From an uncultured Phycisphaerales bacterium (GTDB taxonomy: Bacteria; Planctomycetota; Phycisphaerae; Tepidisphaerales; Tepidisphaeraceae), in assembly GCA_963758525.1 (NCBI GenBank), contig CAVWVQ010000001.1, forward strand, positions 32,001 through 96,000: a stretch of DNA of 64,000 nt. Reading direction: 5' to 3'. The position numbers and the translations under genes are program-made. Positions within the stretch are counted from its first letter, which is position 1. Each line of letters starts with the position of its first letter. Under the pieces are notes generated by a model, which was not told the DNA's origin, ran no database searches, and was given only the letters and a program-made list of their open reading frames with translations. Below are positions 11,120 through 20,477 of this stretch, piece after piece.

Positions 11120-12811
11120 ATGGCCGTCACTCATCGTCCCGTTCCCGCGCTTCCTTCCTGTCCTCGCGCACCATCCGTAGCCAAAGAAATTCATCGCTCC
11201 TATCCGACCGGCCGGCTGGAATTTGCCCGGGCTTTCGCTGGGAGCGTGCTGGAGCTTGCGATCTCCACTGCCGGGCAGTTTCCCGCGAAGATTCAGGCCG
11301 CGCTGGTCACCACACTCAACGCGAGCCGCGCGGGTGAATGGAAAGACATTTCGTTTGTACGGACCGATGAAAAGACATTTACCTGCCGAATCGTCCCGGA
11401 CCGGCCGGGCCTCTACTCCTTTTGGGCGCGCTTCTCAGTCGATGGCGGTTCCACCTGGATCGCTGATCCGGTTCCCGATGCCTGGGTCCTGGTTGATCCG
11501 CCACAGGTCGACCAGATGCGGCTCTACACGTTAATTCCCAGTGTCTCGGGAACGATCGCGGACTGGTCTGCCGAGTTGAAGAGAATCAAGGATCTCGGTT
11601 TTAACACGGTTCACCTGCTTCCCCTCACGACGCTCGACAGTTCGCAGAGTCCATACTCCGCCAAGGACTTGTTCAGCGTCGATCCCAGTTATCTTGCCAG
11701 TGGCACCAAGCGCGACGGCCTCGCTCAGCTCGAAGAATTCATCGAAAATGCCAAGGCGATGGGCATCCGGCTCTGTTTTGACCTCGTGCTGAATCACGTT
11801 GGCGTCAACAGCAATATCGCGCAACAGGCTCCCGAATGGATCGTGCCCGATCATGAGAGCCCCGACGGCCTGCGGCGCGCCCGCTACTTTTCCGACAAAG
11901 GCTGGCTCCCCTGGAACGATCTGGTGCTGATCGATTATGAGCATCCGTCACAGCGGATTCGCTCCGACATCTGGGCCTACATGACCGAATACGCGCTCTT
12001 CTCGGCGCACTATGCGAACGCGACAGACGGCTTCGTGCGCTTCGACAATCTGCACAGCAGTGACAAGGGCTTCGTGGATTCAGTGACCAAGTCATTGCGC
12101 ACTGAGTACCCGAACGTGGGGATTATCGCCGAGTATTTCACCGACGCCGGCACGCTGCTGAGCACCGTTCCGAAGTGGGACCTGAATCTGATTCTGGCCA
12201 CGCCTTGGGACAATCGGTTCGTGCCGCAGCTGCGTGATTATCTCAAATGGATTCACTCCGTCTCGGAGCACGTGCGGTTCTTCATGCCGATCACTTCGCA
12301 CGATTCGGGTTCGCCGGCCCAGGAGTTCGGCGCCGTCGAATCGACAGTTCCGCGCTACATCGCCGCGGCATTGCTCGGAACCGGCACCACCGGCATCACG
12401 CAGGGTGTCGAATGGGGGATGAAGGAAAGGATCAACTTCATCGGGAAGCAACCGCGGTTGACGCACTCCGGCGAGCCGATGTTCGGCGATTTCCTTCGCA
12501 AGGTGCATGAGATCATTGCCGCCGAGCCCACCTTCCGCCGCGGCAAAAACTGCCAGTTCGTCGACGGGAACCACGAGGCGGTGATCGCCGCCTTCCGCAG
12601 AGATGCCGGGCCCGCAAAGCCCCGTTTCCTGGTCGTCTGCAACTTCGACATCCTCCACGAGCATGCCTTTGAGGCCGATCTTTCGGTCTTGCTCGGGCAC
12701 GACGGCCCTGTTCACTGCGTGGATCTGCTGACCGGCAAGGAATTCAGTTTCTCAAGTGCGCGGGTGTGTCTTGTATTGGCGGTGTGCGCGGCGCATGTTT
12801 TGAAGTTTTAG
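11120..12811 (+). CDS. GH13 alpha-amylase family glycoside hydrolase
   Basis: LGFNTVHLLP, SPYS, DLVLNH, FVRFDNLH, IAEYF, TSHDS catalytic regions. Confidence 0.85.
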   Translation: MAVTHRPVPALPSCPRAPSVAKEIHRSYPTGRLEFARAFAGSVLELAISTAGQFPAKIQAALVTTLNASRAGEWKDISFVRTDEKTFTCRIVPDRPGLYSFWARFSVDGGSTWIADPVPDAWVLVDPPQVDQMRLYTLIPSVSGTIADWSAELKRIKDLGFNTVHLLPLTTLDSSQSPYSAKDLFSVDPSYLASGTKRDGLAQLEEFIENAKAMGIRLCFDLVLNHVGVNSNIAQQAPEWIVPDHESPDGLRRARYFSDKGWLPWNDLVLIDYEHPSQRIRSDIWAYMTEYALFSAHYANATDGFVRFDNLHSSDKGFVDSVTKSLRTEYPNVGIIAEYFTDAGTLLSTVPKWDLNLILATPWDNRFVPQLRDYLKWIHSVSEHVRFFMPITSHDSGSPAQEFGAVESTVPRYIAAALLGTGTTGITQGVEWGMKERINFIGKQPRLTHSGEPMFGDFLRKVHEIIAAEPTFRRGKNCQFVDGNHEAVIAAFRRDAGPAKPRFLVVCNFDILHEHAFEADLSVLLGHDGPVHCVDLLTGKEFSFSSARVCLVLAVCAAHVLKF

Positions 12812-13412
12812 AGCGATTGATGGGGGGAAGTTTCCAATCGGTGGAACCCGCATTTTGCAAGCAAGGAGATCGCTTGAGACGGGAGGAGAGACTGCCACGC
12901 CGTCAGCGTTGCTGTCCGATCTATATCCTCTGCTGTCACGATTCTTCGGCGAGCTTGCGCTGCCAATCCTGGGCGGTGTGAAAGACGTGAAGAATGTGGA
13001 CTTATGTATCGTTGAAATTGCAGACGGCCACGTGCCCGTGTCCGCCGGCTCTCTGCCGCATGATGACATATCGCAAGTCCGGGCGCGTGCCGACTGTCTT
13101 GCCCCTGGCATAACTGACGGCCAGATCCGCGATGCACTGTTTGAGGTAATGCAGATACACATCAGCGTGGGATACTCCGTAGCGTTCGGGCATTCCATCG
13201 CCAAACTCACGGCCTGCCGTAAAAAACGGGCAACAGTCGATTGCCGAGCAATTTTCCGGTGCAAGCCGACGGATTGCCTTCCGTTGATCCCCGCTGAGGC
13301 CGGGTGAGGCGTCAGACCGATTTCGCGGACAGCAGCAATTATTCCGGAAGGGGGACATGGATAACATTGCAACGACCGGAGCGAACCGTGCCGATCCGTT
13401 CGACCGTTCGAC

Positions 13413-13554
13413 CCCCTTGCCCGCAAACGCAACCCGCGTATGATGCGAGGCTTGGGAATGAGCGGAGTCACCGACGGGAAAAGCGACGGTATTTCAGGTG
13501 ATCACCGGATCGTTGACGACACATGCGGCCGAGTACCCAAGCGGACTAAGGGGA
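13413..13554 (+). repeat. attL: putative tRNA promoter region + first 28 nt of tRNA-Cys
   Basis: 13425-13554 is identical to 28219-28348 (130 bp), extending to 13413/28207 with one mismatch. Confidence 0.93.
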
Positions 13555-13594
13555 ATCATCAAAAACACGGGGAAATAAGCAGACTTTTGCCGCC

Positions 13595-13614
13595 GGTGGA
13601 CCAAATGTGGACCA
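13595..13614 (+). promoter_or_regulatory. Putative integrase arm-type site
   Basis: ggtggaccaaatgtggacca; near-identical to 28125-28144. Confidence 0.6.
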
Positions 13615-13798
13615 CGGCTTACGGAAAGTCATCGCGGCATGGCCGACACTGCCGGCGAACGTCCGCGCGCAGATCCTTCGACTCGCGGAGCGGCAAGGGT
13701 AGAATCGAAACGAACATCGGGACGGCCGACTAATTACCGGCCAAGCGAATCGACGGCGGAGCCGTGTCCACCAGCACGACCCGCCGAAGATTCGGCCC

Positions 13799-14569
13799 GT
13801 GAAAGACTGGTGGAAAATGGAAGAATCGCAGGCACTTCGTTTTATCCGTGGACAAGGCAGTCAACCGGCACGATTTGAACGGCCCGACCGGAAGCCATCA
13901 CCGGAGGTTGAAGAATGCCGGAAGCTGCTCAGGGGCCCGGACATTCCCGTAATTCCTGCGGAGCTTCGTCGCATCGCCGACGTGCTCGACCGCGTTCCCG
14001 GGATGAACGAATTTGATGCGATGCGTACGACCGCGTCTGGCTGCCTGCATGACGCGATTAGAGCGGGCGCGTTCTCTGGAAGCCGCTGGCTCGATTTCCG
14101 TATCAAGCTCGCTGTCGGGCCCGGCATCACCACCGCGTACTTTCTGATCCTTGACAACTCGGAAGCGTGGGGCGTCACGATCGACAAAACGAAGCGATCA
14201 CCCCGTGCCGAAATTGAACTGGGTTGCCCGCTGATTGCCGCTCTGCTGAGGGAGCAAGCTCCTCAAAATTCCCTCCCGGCGCCAGCCCCAAAGGCGACTA
14301 CAGACGACGCCGCCGAGGCGGTGCGAATCATCGCCGATCGTGCAGCCACCAAGCCCAGGCTGCTCTGGCTTAAGTTCTATCTCGACCAAAATCCGAATGC
14401 GACGCTGCGCGACATTGAAACCGCCGCGAAGCTCTTACATCACTCCCTTCCAAGGGCGAGCACCAACGGCATTCTCGCGAGGGAAACATGGATAGGTCAT
14501 CAACCGCGCAGGCGATCGCACCGAGACACGTCAATTGAGCCAATCCTGCACCGTATCCCGTCCCGATAG
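13799..14569 (+). CDS. Hypothetical protein, possible C-terminal HTH regulator
   Basis: 256-aa ORF at the element's left end upstream of alpA; NPNATLRDIETAAK helix. Confidence 0.5.
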   Translation: MKDWWKMEESQALRFIRGQGSQPARFERPDRKPSPEVEECRKLLRGPDIPVIPAELRRIADVLDRVPGMNEFDAMRTTASGCLHDAIRAGAFSGSRWLDFRIKLAVGPGITTAYFLILDNSEAWGVTIDKTKRSPRAEIELGCPLIAALLREQAPQNSLPAPAPKATTDDAAEAVRIIADRAATKPRLLWLKFYLDQNPNATLRDIETAAKLLHHSLPRASTNGILARETWIGHQPRRRSHRDTSIEPILHRIPSR

Positions 14570-14753
14570 CTGTCCGAACTGTCCGGCCGCTGCATTTCTT
14601 CGGACAGCGCATTTTTCTTGCCACTAACTGACATCGCTTGAAAACAGGGTGATTCCGCGCGCCCGCTTGCACGCCGCTGTCCAGAAATCCGGACAACCCC
14701 TAGGAATGAAACGGTGCACCCACGGGGACAGGGTGCGCCATTCAGGAGGCAAT

Positions 14754-14975
14754 ATGACACACGAAAACGACACGCCGTCTCTGCTGCTGCGAGCTTCGAC
14801 CGTCGCCCGCATGTTGGAAATCGGGGAACGCACGCTCTGGCGTTGGGTCAGCGAGGGCGATTTCCCTTCACCGGACTACCGGAAAAACGAGCGGATTGTC
14901 CGCTGGAAGCGGGACACCGTAATGAACTGGGTGCACACCAACACCACCACGACGGCTGCTGCCATCACCGCTTAA
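14754..14975 (+). CDS. AlpA-family HTH regulator / excisionase
   Basis: LLRASTVARMLEIGERTLWRWVSEGDFPSP...IVRWKRDTVMNW; AGGAGG RBS. Confidence 0.85.
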   Translation: MTHENDTPSLLLRASTVARMLEIGERTLWRWVSEGDFPSPDYRKNERIVRWKRDTVMNWVHTNTTTTAAAITA

Positions 14976-15057
14976 ACCCACTTACCGCTGCGGTTGCCCG
15001 GCGCATAAAAACGCCGCGGCAGGGCTCGCAACCCGTACCGCGGCAGAAACTCGACTG

Positions 15058-16581
15058 ATGACCATCGTAGCAGAAGAAATCGAAGCCCCCAACGAAATCG
15101 AAGATTCGACGAGAATCGTCGAACAAGTTGATGTTGAGGCCATCCGCGAGACGCATGAGAACTGGCGGATCTACTGCCGGCCATCAGCGACAGACGCAGC
15201 GTTCATCGAATTGGTTACGAGCGTGATGGAAAGCGGCATCAACACGCCGCTGGAGCTGTCAGCCGATCGGTACATCATCAGCGGCCACCGGCGCATTTTT
15301 GCCGCCCGTGCTGCCAAACTCGCGACCGTTCCATGCCTCATCGACCACGACATCTACATCGGACCGATGGACGCCGCGGAGCGTATCGCGCTGCTGACGG
15401 AACGCAATCGCGGCGTCAGGGTCAAGTCAGACGCGGAGCAATACCTTGAAGCCGCTGCGAAGATCGATCCCGAGGCTGCGATCCGGGACGCACAGCAGCG
15501 CAAGGCACAACATTTCAACAAGGCAAAAGGTTCTGTCGAACTGGTGGAGACCCAGGGCAAGAGTCGTCGCACGGATCCATCAAAGGCGCGTAGCGAGCTA
15601 TTGAATGCGGTTCTGGAAGTTCTGGAGGAACTGCGCTGCAATGGTCATCTGCCGATCGGCTCCAGGCATATTCACTACAGATTGCTCCACAAGAAAGTGA
15701 GGACAAGCAGCTACGCCAACGGATTTATATACGGCACGCGCAAGGGTTCCGATGGGTTACTCAGCAAACTTCTGACCGACGCGCGCAGCAAAGGCATTGT
15801 CGATCCAGACGACATCGGCGACGACTCCCGCCCTACGCAGAAGATGGAACATGATGGCAATATTGCTCGATACGTCGGCAGGGAACTGGACGCGCTCTTC
15901 GGCAATTTTTTCTCCGACATCCATGCAGATCAACCGCATCACGTTGAACTGCTGATCGAGAAAAACACGGTCTACCCGCTGATCGCAAAGCACGTCGGAA
16001 ATAAATTCCGCGTGCCGCTCACGTCAATGCACGGCTACGGCAGCTTCCCCTCATCCCGCGACATTGCCGCCAGGTTCAAGGCGAGCGGCAAGGAAAAGTG
16101 CGTCGTGATTTATGTCTCCGACCTCGACCCTGAAGGCGTGAACATGCCAGCGGCGGTCAAGAAATACCTCCTCGAAGACTTCGGAGTGACCACCACCATT
16201 GTGCGGGCCGGCGTGACGATGGAACAGGTCAAGAGGTTCAAACTGCCGCCGGATGCCGACGTGAAGTTGTCGAGTACCCGCGCAAAAGGCTTTATTGCGA
16301 AGTACGGGCACCAATGCTGGGAACTCGACTCGATGCCCGCCGACATCCTCATCAGCGAAACCGCCGGCGCTGTGTCGAAGTTCTTAGACATCGACGCGTT
16401 CAACAGGGCATTCGATCGCGAACGAGAAGCTGATATCGAGCTGGCTAGGATGAAGGCAGCCGCGTCCGCGTTCGTTCGTGACCAGTTTCAGGAACAACTC
16501 GGCCAGGGGCGCAATGAACAAGCACCTCCAATATGCCGGCGGGTTCTTTGTAACACCGCTGAGCGGCGGCTTGCCATTTGA
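15058..16581 (+). CDS. ParB/Srx N-terminal domain fused to Topo VI-A/Spo11-like winged-helix + TOPRIM domain
   Basis: SVMESGINTPL...IISGHRR (ParB); SRHIHYRL, ELLIEK, YVSDLDPEG, WELDSM (Top6A-like). Confidence 0.75.
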   Translation: MTIVAEEIEAPNEIEDSTRIVEQVDVEAIRETHENWRIYCRPSATDAAFIELVTSVMESGINTPLELSADRYIISGHRRIFAARAAKLATVPCLIDHDIYIGPMDAAERIALLTERNRGVRVKSDAEQYLEAAAKIDPEAAIRDAQQRKAQHFNKAKGSVELVETQGKSRRTDPSKARSELLNAVLEVLEELRCNGHLPIGSRHIHYRLLHKKVRTSSYANGFIYGTRKGSDGLLSKLLTDARSKGIVDPDDIGDDSRPTQKMEHDGNIARYVGRELDALFGNFFSDIHADQPHHVELLIEKNTVYPLIAKHVGNKFRVPLTSMHGYGSFPSSRDIAARFKASGKEKCVVIYVSDLDPEGVNMPAAVKKYLLEDFGVTTTIVRAGVTMEQVKRFKLPPDADVKLSSTRAKGFIAKYGHQCWELDSMPADILISETAGAVSKFLDIDAFNRAFDREREADIELARMKAAASAFVRDQFQEQLGQGRNEQAPPICRRVLCNTAERRLAI

Positions 16582-17089
16582 TGAGGGGTTGCACTTCGCC
16601 CGCATCGAACTGCAGCGCGTTTCGGCATCGCTGGAACTGATCGGGAGTTGCTGGCAGGAACCGGTTGAAGCCGTGCGGATCTGCGCCGAAGAGGGCATCA
16701 ATTCATCTGCCTTTGACGACGACAGCCGGATTCTGTTTTTGGTTCTGGAGCTTGCCGCCAAATATCCAGACGCAGACCGACGCAGACTTGCGCGGCGGTG
16801 TCTCAGAGCAAATCACCATTGGGACGATGCGGCGCCGCCGATTGAATTCGGCCGGCTCGGCTGGTCTGACAAAACGCTCGCGGTCCTGGCCGAGAGCTGG
16901 TTTCACTCGCCGCTGTTGATCCGTCTCAACGCTCGAAACTTACTCCGGATTCTCGTTTCACGGCGCGATGCGGCTCACCACCTCCGTGAGGCCCGCCGCC
17001 TTCTCGCGGATCCCGCACATTCTGAAACCCACAAACGCCCCGTGCACGTCATCAACCGCCCGGCACAGAATCGGAGGCGATCCGCATGA
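16514..17089 (+). CDS. Hypothetical protein, weak DnaB N-terminal-like pattern
   Basis: Stop overlaps the next start (ATGA); ELIGSCWQEP...GINSSAFDDDSRILF. Confidence 0.45.
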   Translation: MNKHLQYAGGFFVTPLSGGLPFDEGLHFARIELQRVSASLELIGSCWQEPVEAVRICAEEGINSSAFDDDSRILFLVLELAAKYPDADRRRLARRCLRANHHWDDAAPPIEFGRLGWSDKTLAVLAESWFHSPLLIRLNARNLLRILVSRRDAAHHLREARRLLADPAHSETHKRPVHVINRPAQNRRRSA

Positions 17090-18876
17090 TTGCACTCGAA
17101 TACGACAACGAGATTCTCAACGGCGATTACCTCGCGACCGTGCGAGCTGTAGACACCGAGCGGGAGACAACCATCCACGAGCGGCGGATAAGCCTTCTGG
17201 ACGTGACACAGCGCCAGAACTTCGCGGACGCCGTGGCGAAAAGCATCGGCGATCGCGGCGCGGCGGAAGCAATCCAATTCAAGCTCCAGGAAAAAGCCAA
17301 CGAATGGAAGCCGGAAGGACACGGCACGCTGAAACTCACGACCCACGAGGAAGAGCCGGAAGCGCAGACAACCAGTGAGGGTTACAACCTCGTGCCCGGC
17401 GACTACACCGACGACGCCGGCAACAGCATCGAACGCGGCACCGACGACTTCACAGACGAAGTAATCGGCAATCTGCCCACCGGCACGATTTACTCGCGCG
17501 GCGGTGTTGCTGGTCAAGTTGAGGGCGAGCCAGGGGCGCGGTTCTTCTCTGATCTCGCACCGGACGGCATGCGCATCATCGTCGACTCCTGCATGAAGCT
17601 CGGGAAGTGGCGCACCCGTGGAGCCGGGAAGAACACCTATCAAGAAATCGGCTATGTGTCCTGCACGCGCGACCATGCCGGGCTCGTGTTATCTCGGGCA
17701 CCCGCCGATCGGCGCGTTCCGGTTCTCAAGTTCCTCACGTCGTACCCAATCTTTCTTCCCGGCTTTCGACTCTCAGAGCCGGGTTTTCACGATGGCGTTT
17801 TCTATGATGAGCCAGAAGCAATCCGGCAGATTAAAAGCGAGACCGATGCGGAAATTATCCGCGACACACTCTATGACCTCGTCATCGATTTCCCGTTCAA
17901 GGATGAAGCCAGCCGGCACAACTATTTCGGGCTGCTGATCACGCCGCTGATCCGTCCGGCGATCGCCGGCAACGTCCCCGGGCATCTCATCGGCGCGCCG
18001 CTGGAACGAACCGGCAAGACACTTCTCGCGGAGATTGTCGGCGCCATCGTTAACGGGATGCGGACGCCCGCCATGCAAATCTGTGAATCGAATGAGGAAA
18101 TGGACAAACGGCTCCTCGCGATTTTGCTTCGCGGGGAAACCCTGCTCCACCTGGATAATATCCGCGACACAATCGACCTCCCGTGTCTCGCCTCACTCTT
18201 GACCGCTAGCGTTTACAAAAGCCGTTTGCTCGGCGCGTCCAAGATGCTGGCGATTGAGAACAACGTGACGCTGATCGCCACGGGCAACAACCCCCGGGCA
18301 ACTGGTGAACTGGCAAAGCGGTTTGTTCCCATCACGCTCCAACCCACTACCGACGCGCCAGAACTGCGGAAGGATTTTCGACACCCCGATCTATGGGGTT
18401 ACGTCACGGAGCATCGCCGTCAAATCCTCGGCTGCCTGTTGGGCGCGGTGCGGATCTGGACCGACGCCGGCTCACCCCGCGGCGAACAACCGATGGGCGG
18501 GTTCGATGAGTGGGCAGCCGTCATCGGCGGCATCATGAAGGTGCTGGGTTTCGATGACTGGATGGGGAATGCCGGCGAATGGCGCGACTCGGCAGACTGG
18601 CGCCGATCCGACCTGCGGGCACTGGTGAAGTGCTGGCACGAACGGCACGGCAGCGGGCCCGTCACGGTTCGAGAAGCCCTGGCGATCGCGGAGGAGTTGG
18701 AACTATTCGGCGACGTGCTCATCGGCAAGGAAGGCAAGGCGCTGCTCACCAGCTTCGGAATGAAGGTGCTGGGGCGCAACACCGACACGCCGGTCGAAGG
18801 CTTCATCATCCGCAAGAACAGCCTCAGCCGTCCGGCAATCTACTCACTTCAGCCGCTGGAAGGGGTGACAGCGTGA
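17086..18876 (+). CDS. Replicative P-loop NTPase/helicase of phage primase-helicase type
   Basis: Walker A APLERTGKT, Walker B LLHLDNI, IATGNN, ELAKRF; iterons directly downstream. Confidence 0.75.
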   Translation: MIALEYDNEILNGDYLATVRAVDTERETTIHERRISLLDVTQRQNFADAVAKSIGDRGAAEAIQFKLQEKANEWKPEGHGTLKLTTHEEEPEAQTTSEGYNLVPGDYTDDAGNSIERGTDDFTDEVIGNLPTGTIYSRGGVAGQVEGEPGARFFSDLAPDGMRIIVDSCMKLGKWRTRGAGKNTYQEIGYVSCTRDHAGLVLSRAPADRRVPVLKFLTSYPIFLPGFRLSEPGFHDGVFYDEPEAIRQIKSETDAEIIRDTLYDLVIDFPFKDEASRHNYFGLLITPLIRPAIAGNVPGHLIGAPLERTGKTLLAEIVGAIVNGMRTPAMQICESNEEMDKRLLAILLRGETLLHLDNIRDTIDLPCLASLLTASVYKSRLLGASKMLAIENNVTLIATGNNPRATGELAKRFVPITLQPTTDAPELRKDFRHPDLWGYVTEHRRQILGCLLGAVRIWTDAGSPRGEQPMGGFDEWAAVIGGIMKVLGFDDWMGNAGEWRDSADWRRSDLRALVKCWHERHGSGPVTVREALAIAEELELFGDVLIGKEGKALLTSFGMKVLGRNTDTPVEGFIIRKNSLSRPAIYSLQPLEGVTA

Positions 18877-18880
18877 GAAA

Positions 18881-19070
18881 TTCAACACCTTTCAACACCT
18901 TTCAACACCTTTTCAAAAAAGGTGTTGAGCGCAACCAACGCGGTGATAAGAGTATACGCAACAACCAACACCTTCAACACCTTTCCAGTACCCCCCCACA
19001 TGCGCAGGCGCGCGCCTGAACCACGAACGGGTGGGCTGGAAAAGGTGTTAAAGGTGTCTGAAGGTGTTGA
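18881..19070. repeat. Iteron cluster, putative replication origin
   Basis: (ttcaacacct)x3 at 18881-18910, inverted aggtgttga at 18920, two more direct copies at 18966-18982, three inverted copies at 19043-19070. Confidence 0.8.
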
Positions 19071-19287
19071 TTTGGTCCTGCACATCACCATTCGGCCGCA
19101 CGAAATCCCGTGGGACGTTCGGCTTGCCGGCGAGATCAAGCGGATGGGGCGTCATCCGCTTATCCAGTTCGACGTGACGCATTACGCGATGGCTGGCACC
19201 GCCAACGCGTCCGCGAGCACCGCGCCCACGTCCGCATCGCACGAACCAGCAACGCGGGAAACAGGCTGCAAACGCAAAGGGAACCAA

Positions 19288-19517
19288 TGAGCGACGAACT
19301 GGCAACCATCACCATCTTTGAACCGCGCCCGGCGCTCCCGGACCTGCTGGCGGCACTGCGCAGCCGCGGATTGAAACTCAGAGCCGGCAGAGACATCGAC
19401 CAGCCGCACTACCGATGGCTGGACGTGATGCCAGCCGAGCGAGTCGGGAACTTGTGGCCGGCGATCGAAGCGAACTTCAGCGCGTTGCACACACTGGCAG
19501 AGCAGGTGGCACCATGA
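19288..19517 (+). CDS. Small hypothetical protein
   Basis: MSDELATITIFEPRP...; coupled to neighbouring ORFs. Confidence 0.4.
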
Positions 19518-19765
19518 GCACGGATGAACAGCAGACAGACAGCAGCAGTGCCGACGCCACGATTACGCGTTCGATGGGCGACTATGAGGTCGAAACTGCC
19601 AAGGTGGCACCCCCCCATGAGGTTCTTTTTTGGGGCCGGTGGCATCTCACGGGTTCGCCGCAGAGCCAGCGAATGACCACCTACGCCGCACTGTAGCAGG
19701 AATGAAAACACGACTTGACGGTACGACACAATGCCGAATGTTAAGATAGTTAAGGTGGGTATACT

Positions 19766-19805
19766 GGGTCCTCTCCGGGCCGCACGCCCTTTACGCGGGT
19801 TTGCG
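19766..19805 (+). other. Lambda-cos-like packaging site candidate
   Basis: GGGTCCTCTCCGG...CGCGGGTTT resembles lambda cosQ GGGTCCTTTCCGG and the CGCGGGTTT following cosN; lies just upstream of terS. Confidence 0.55.
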
Positions 19806-19863
19806 ACTGCCTTATTCCCAGAGATTGTTGCCTTGAACGTGATGAGTTAACGCTTTCCACGCA

Positions 19864-20391
19864 ATGAAAAAGCACCGCAAACAACCTCTGCCGCCGATCA
19901 CCAGCGCCCGGAAACTTGCCACGCTGATGCAGCGGAGTCACGTCGCCGTCAGCAAATGGCTGAAGCGTGCCGACTGGCCGTTCGGTACGCCGCCGTGGCT
20001 CGCGTCACAGCTTCCATCGATCGCAAAATGGTCTGATGAAACGCTGCGCCCATCAGTCGACGCCGGCAACGAAGACGCTGCCGCGGTTGATCTGCGCCGT
20101 CAGAAGCTACGGCAGGAAATCCGCCGTCTGAACGCCCAGGCTGACGCTTCTGAGTGCGCCCTTGCCAAAGAGCGTGGCTCCCTGATGGACGCGGGGGAAG
20201 TTGTCCGGGAGTGGCAGTCAATCACAGCGGCGCTGACGGCTGGCGTGGGCTCGCTGCCAGAGTCGGCTGCAATGCTGGCGCTGTCGCATGGGATGCCGCA
20301 CGAAGCGCGGGGAACGTTCAAGCAACAGGTACGGGAAGCGATCGACGCCATTCTGCAGCGGATGAACGCGCGGAGCGTGGTGGAACAATGA
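19864..20391 (+). CDS. Terminase small subunit (Nu1-like)
   Basis: N-terminal HTH (SARKLATLMQRSHVAVSKW), coiled coil RLNAQADASECALAKERGSLMDAGEVVREW...SLP. Confidence 0.72.
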   Translation: MKKHRKQPLPPITSARKLATLMQRSHVAVSKWLKRADWPFGTPPWLASQLPSIAKWSDETLRPSVDAGNEDAAAVDLRRQKLRQEIRRLNAQADASECALAKERGSLMDAGEVVREWQSITAALTAGVGSLPESAAMLALSHGMPHEARGTFKQQVREAIDAILQRMNARSVVEQ

Positions 20392-20477
20392 GGCTGTCTT
20401 AGGGCTGCCGGGTGTTCCGGCCGCCCCAGAGTTTTTGAAAACAAACAGCCGGCGAACTGTCGGCGGAAAGATGAGCG

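Noticed and set aside
13440..13733. ORF MMRGLGMSGVTDGK... and its twin at 28234-28440
   Set aside because: These are translations of the att repeat and tRNA, not genes.
18922..19290. ORFs on both strands over the iterons
   Set aside because: The NTFNTF/KVLKV peptides merely reflect the repeats.
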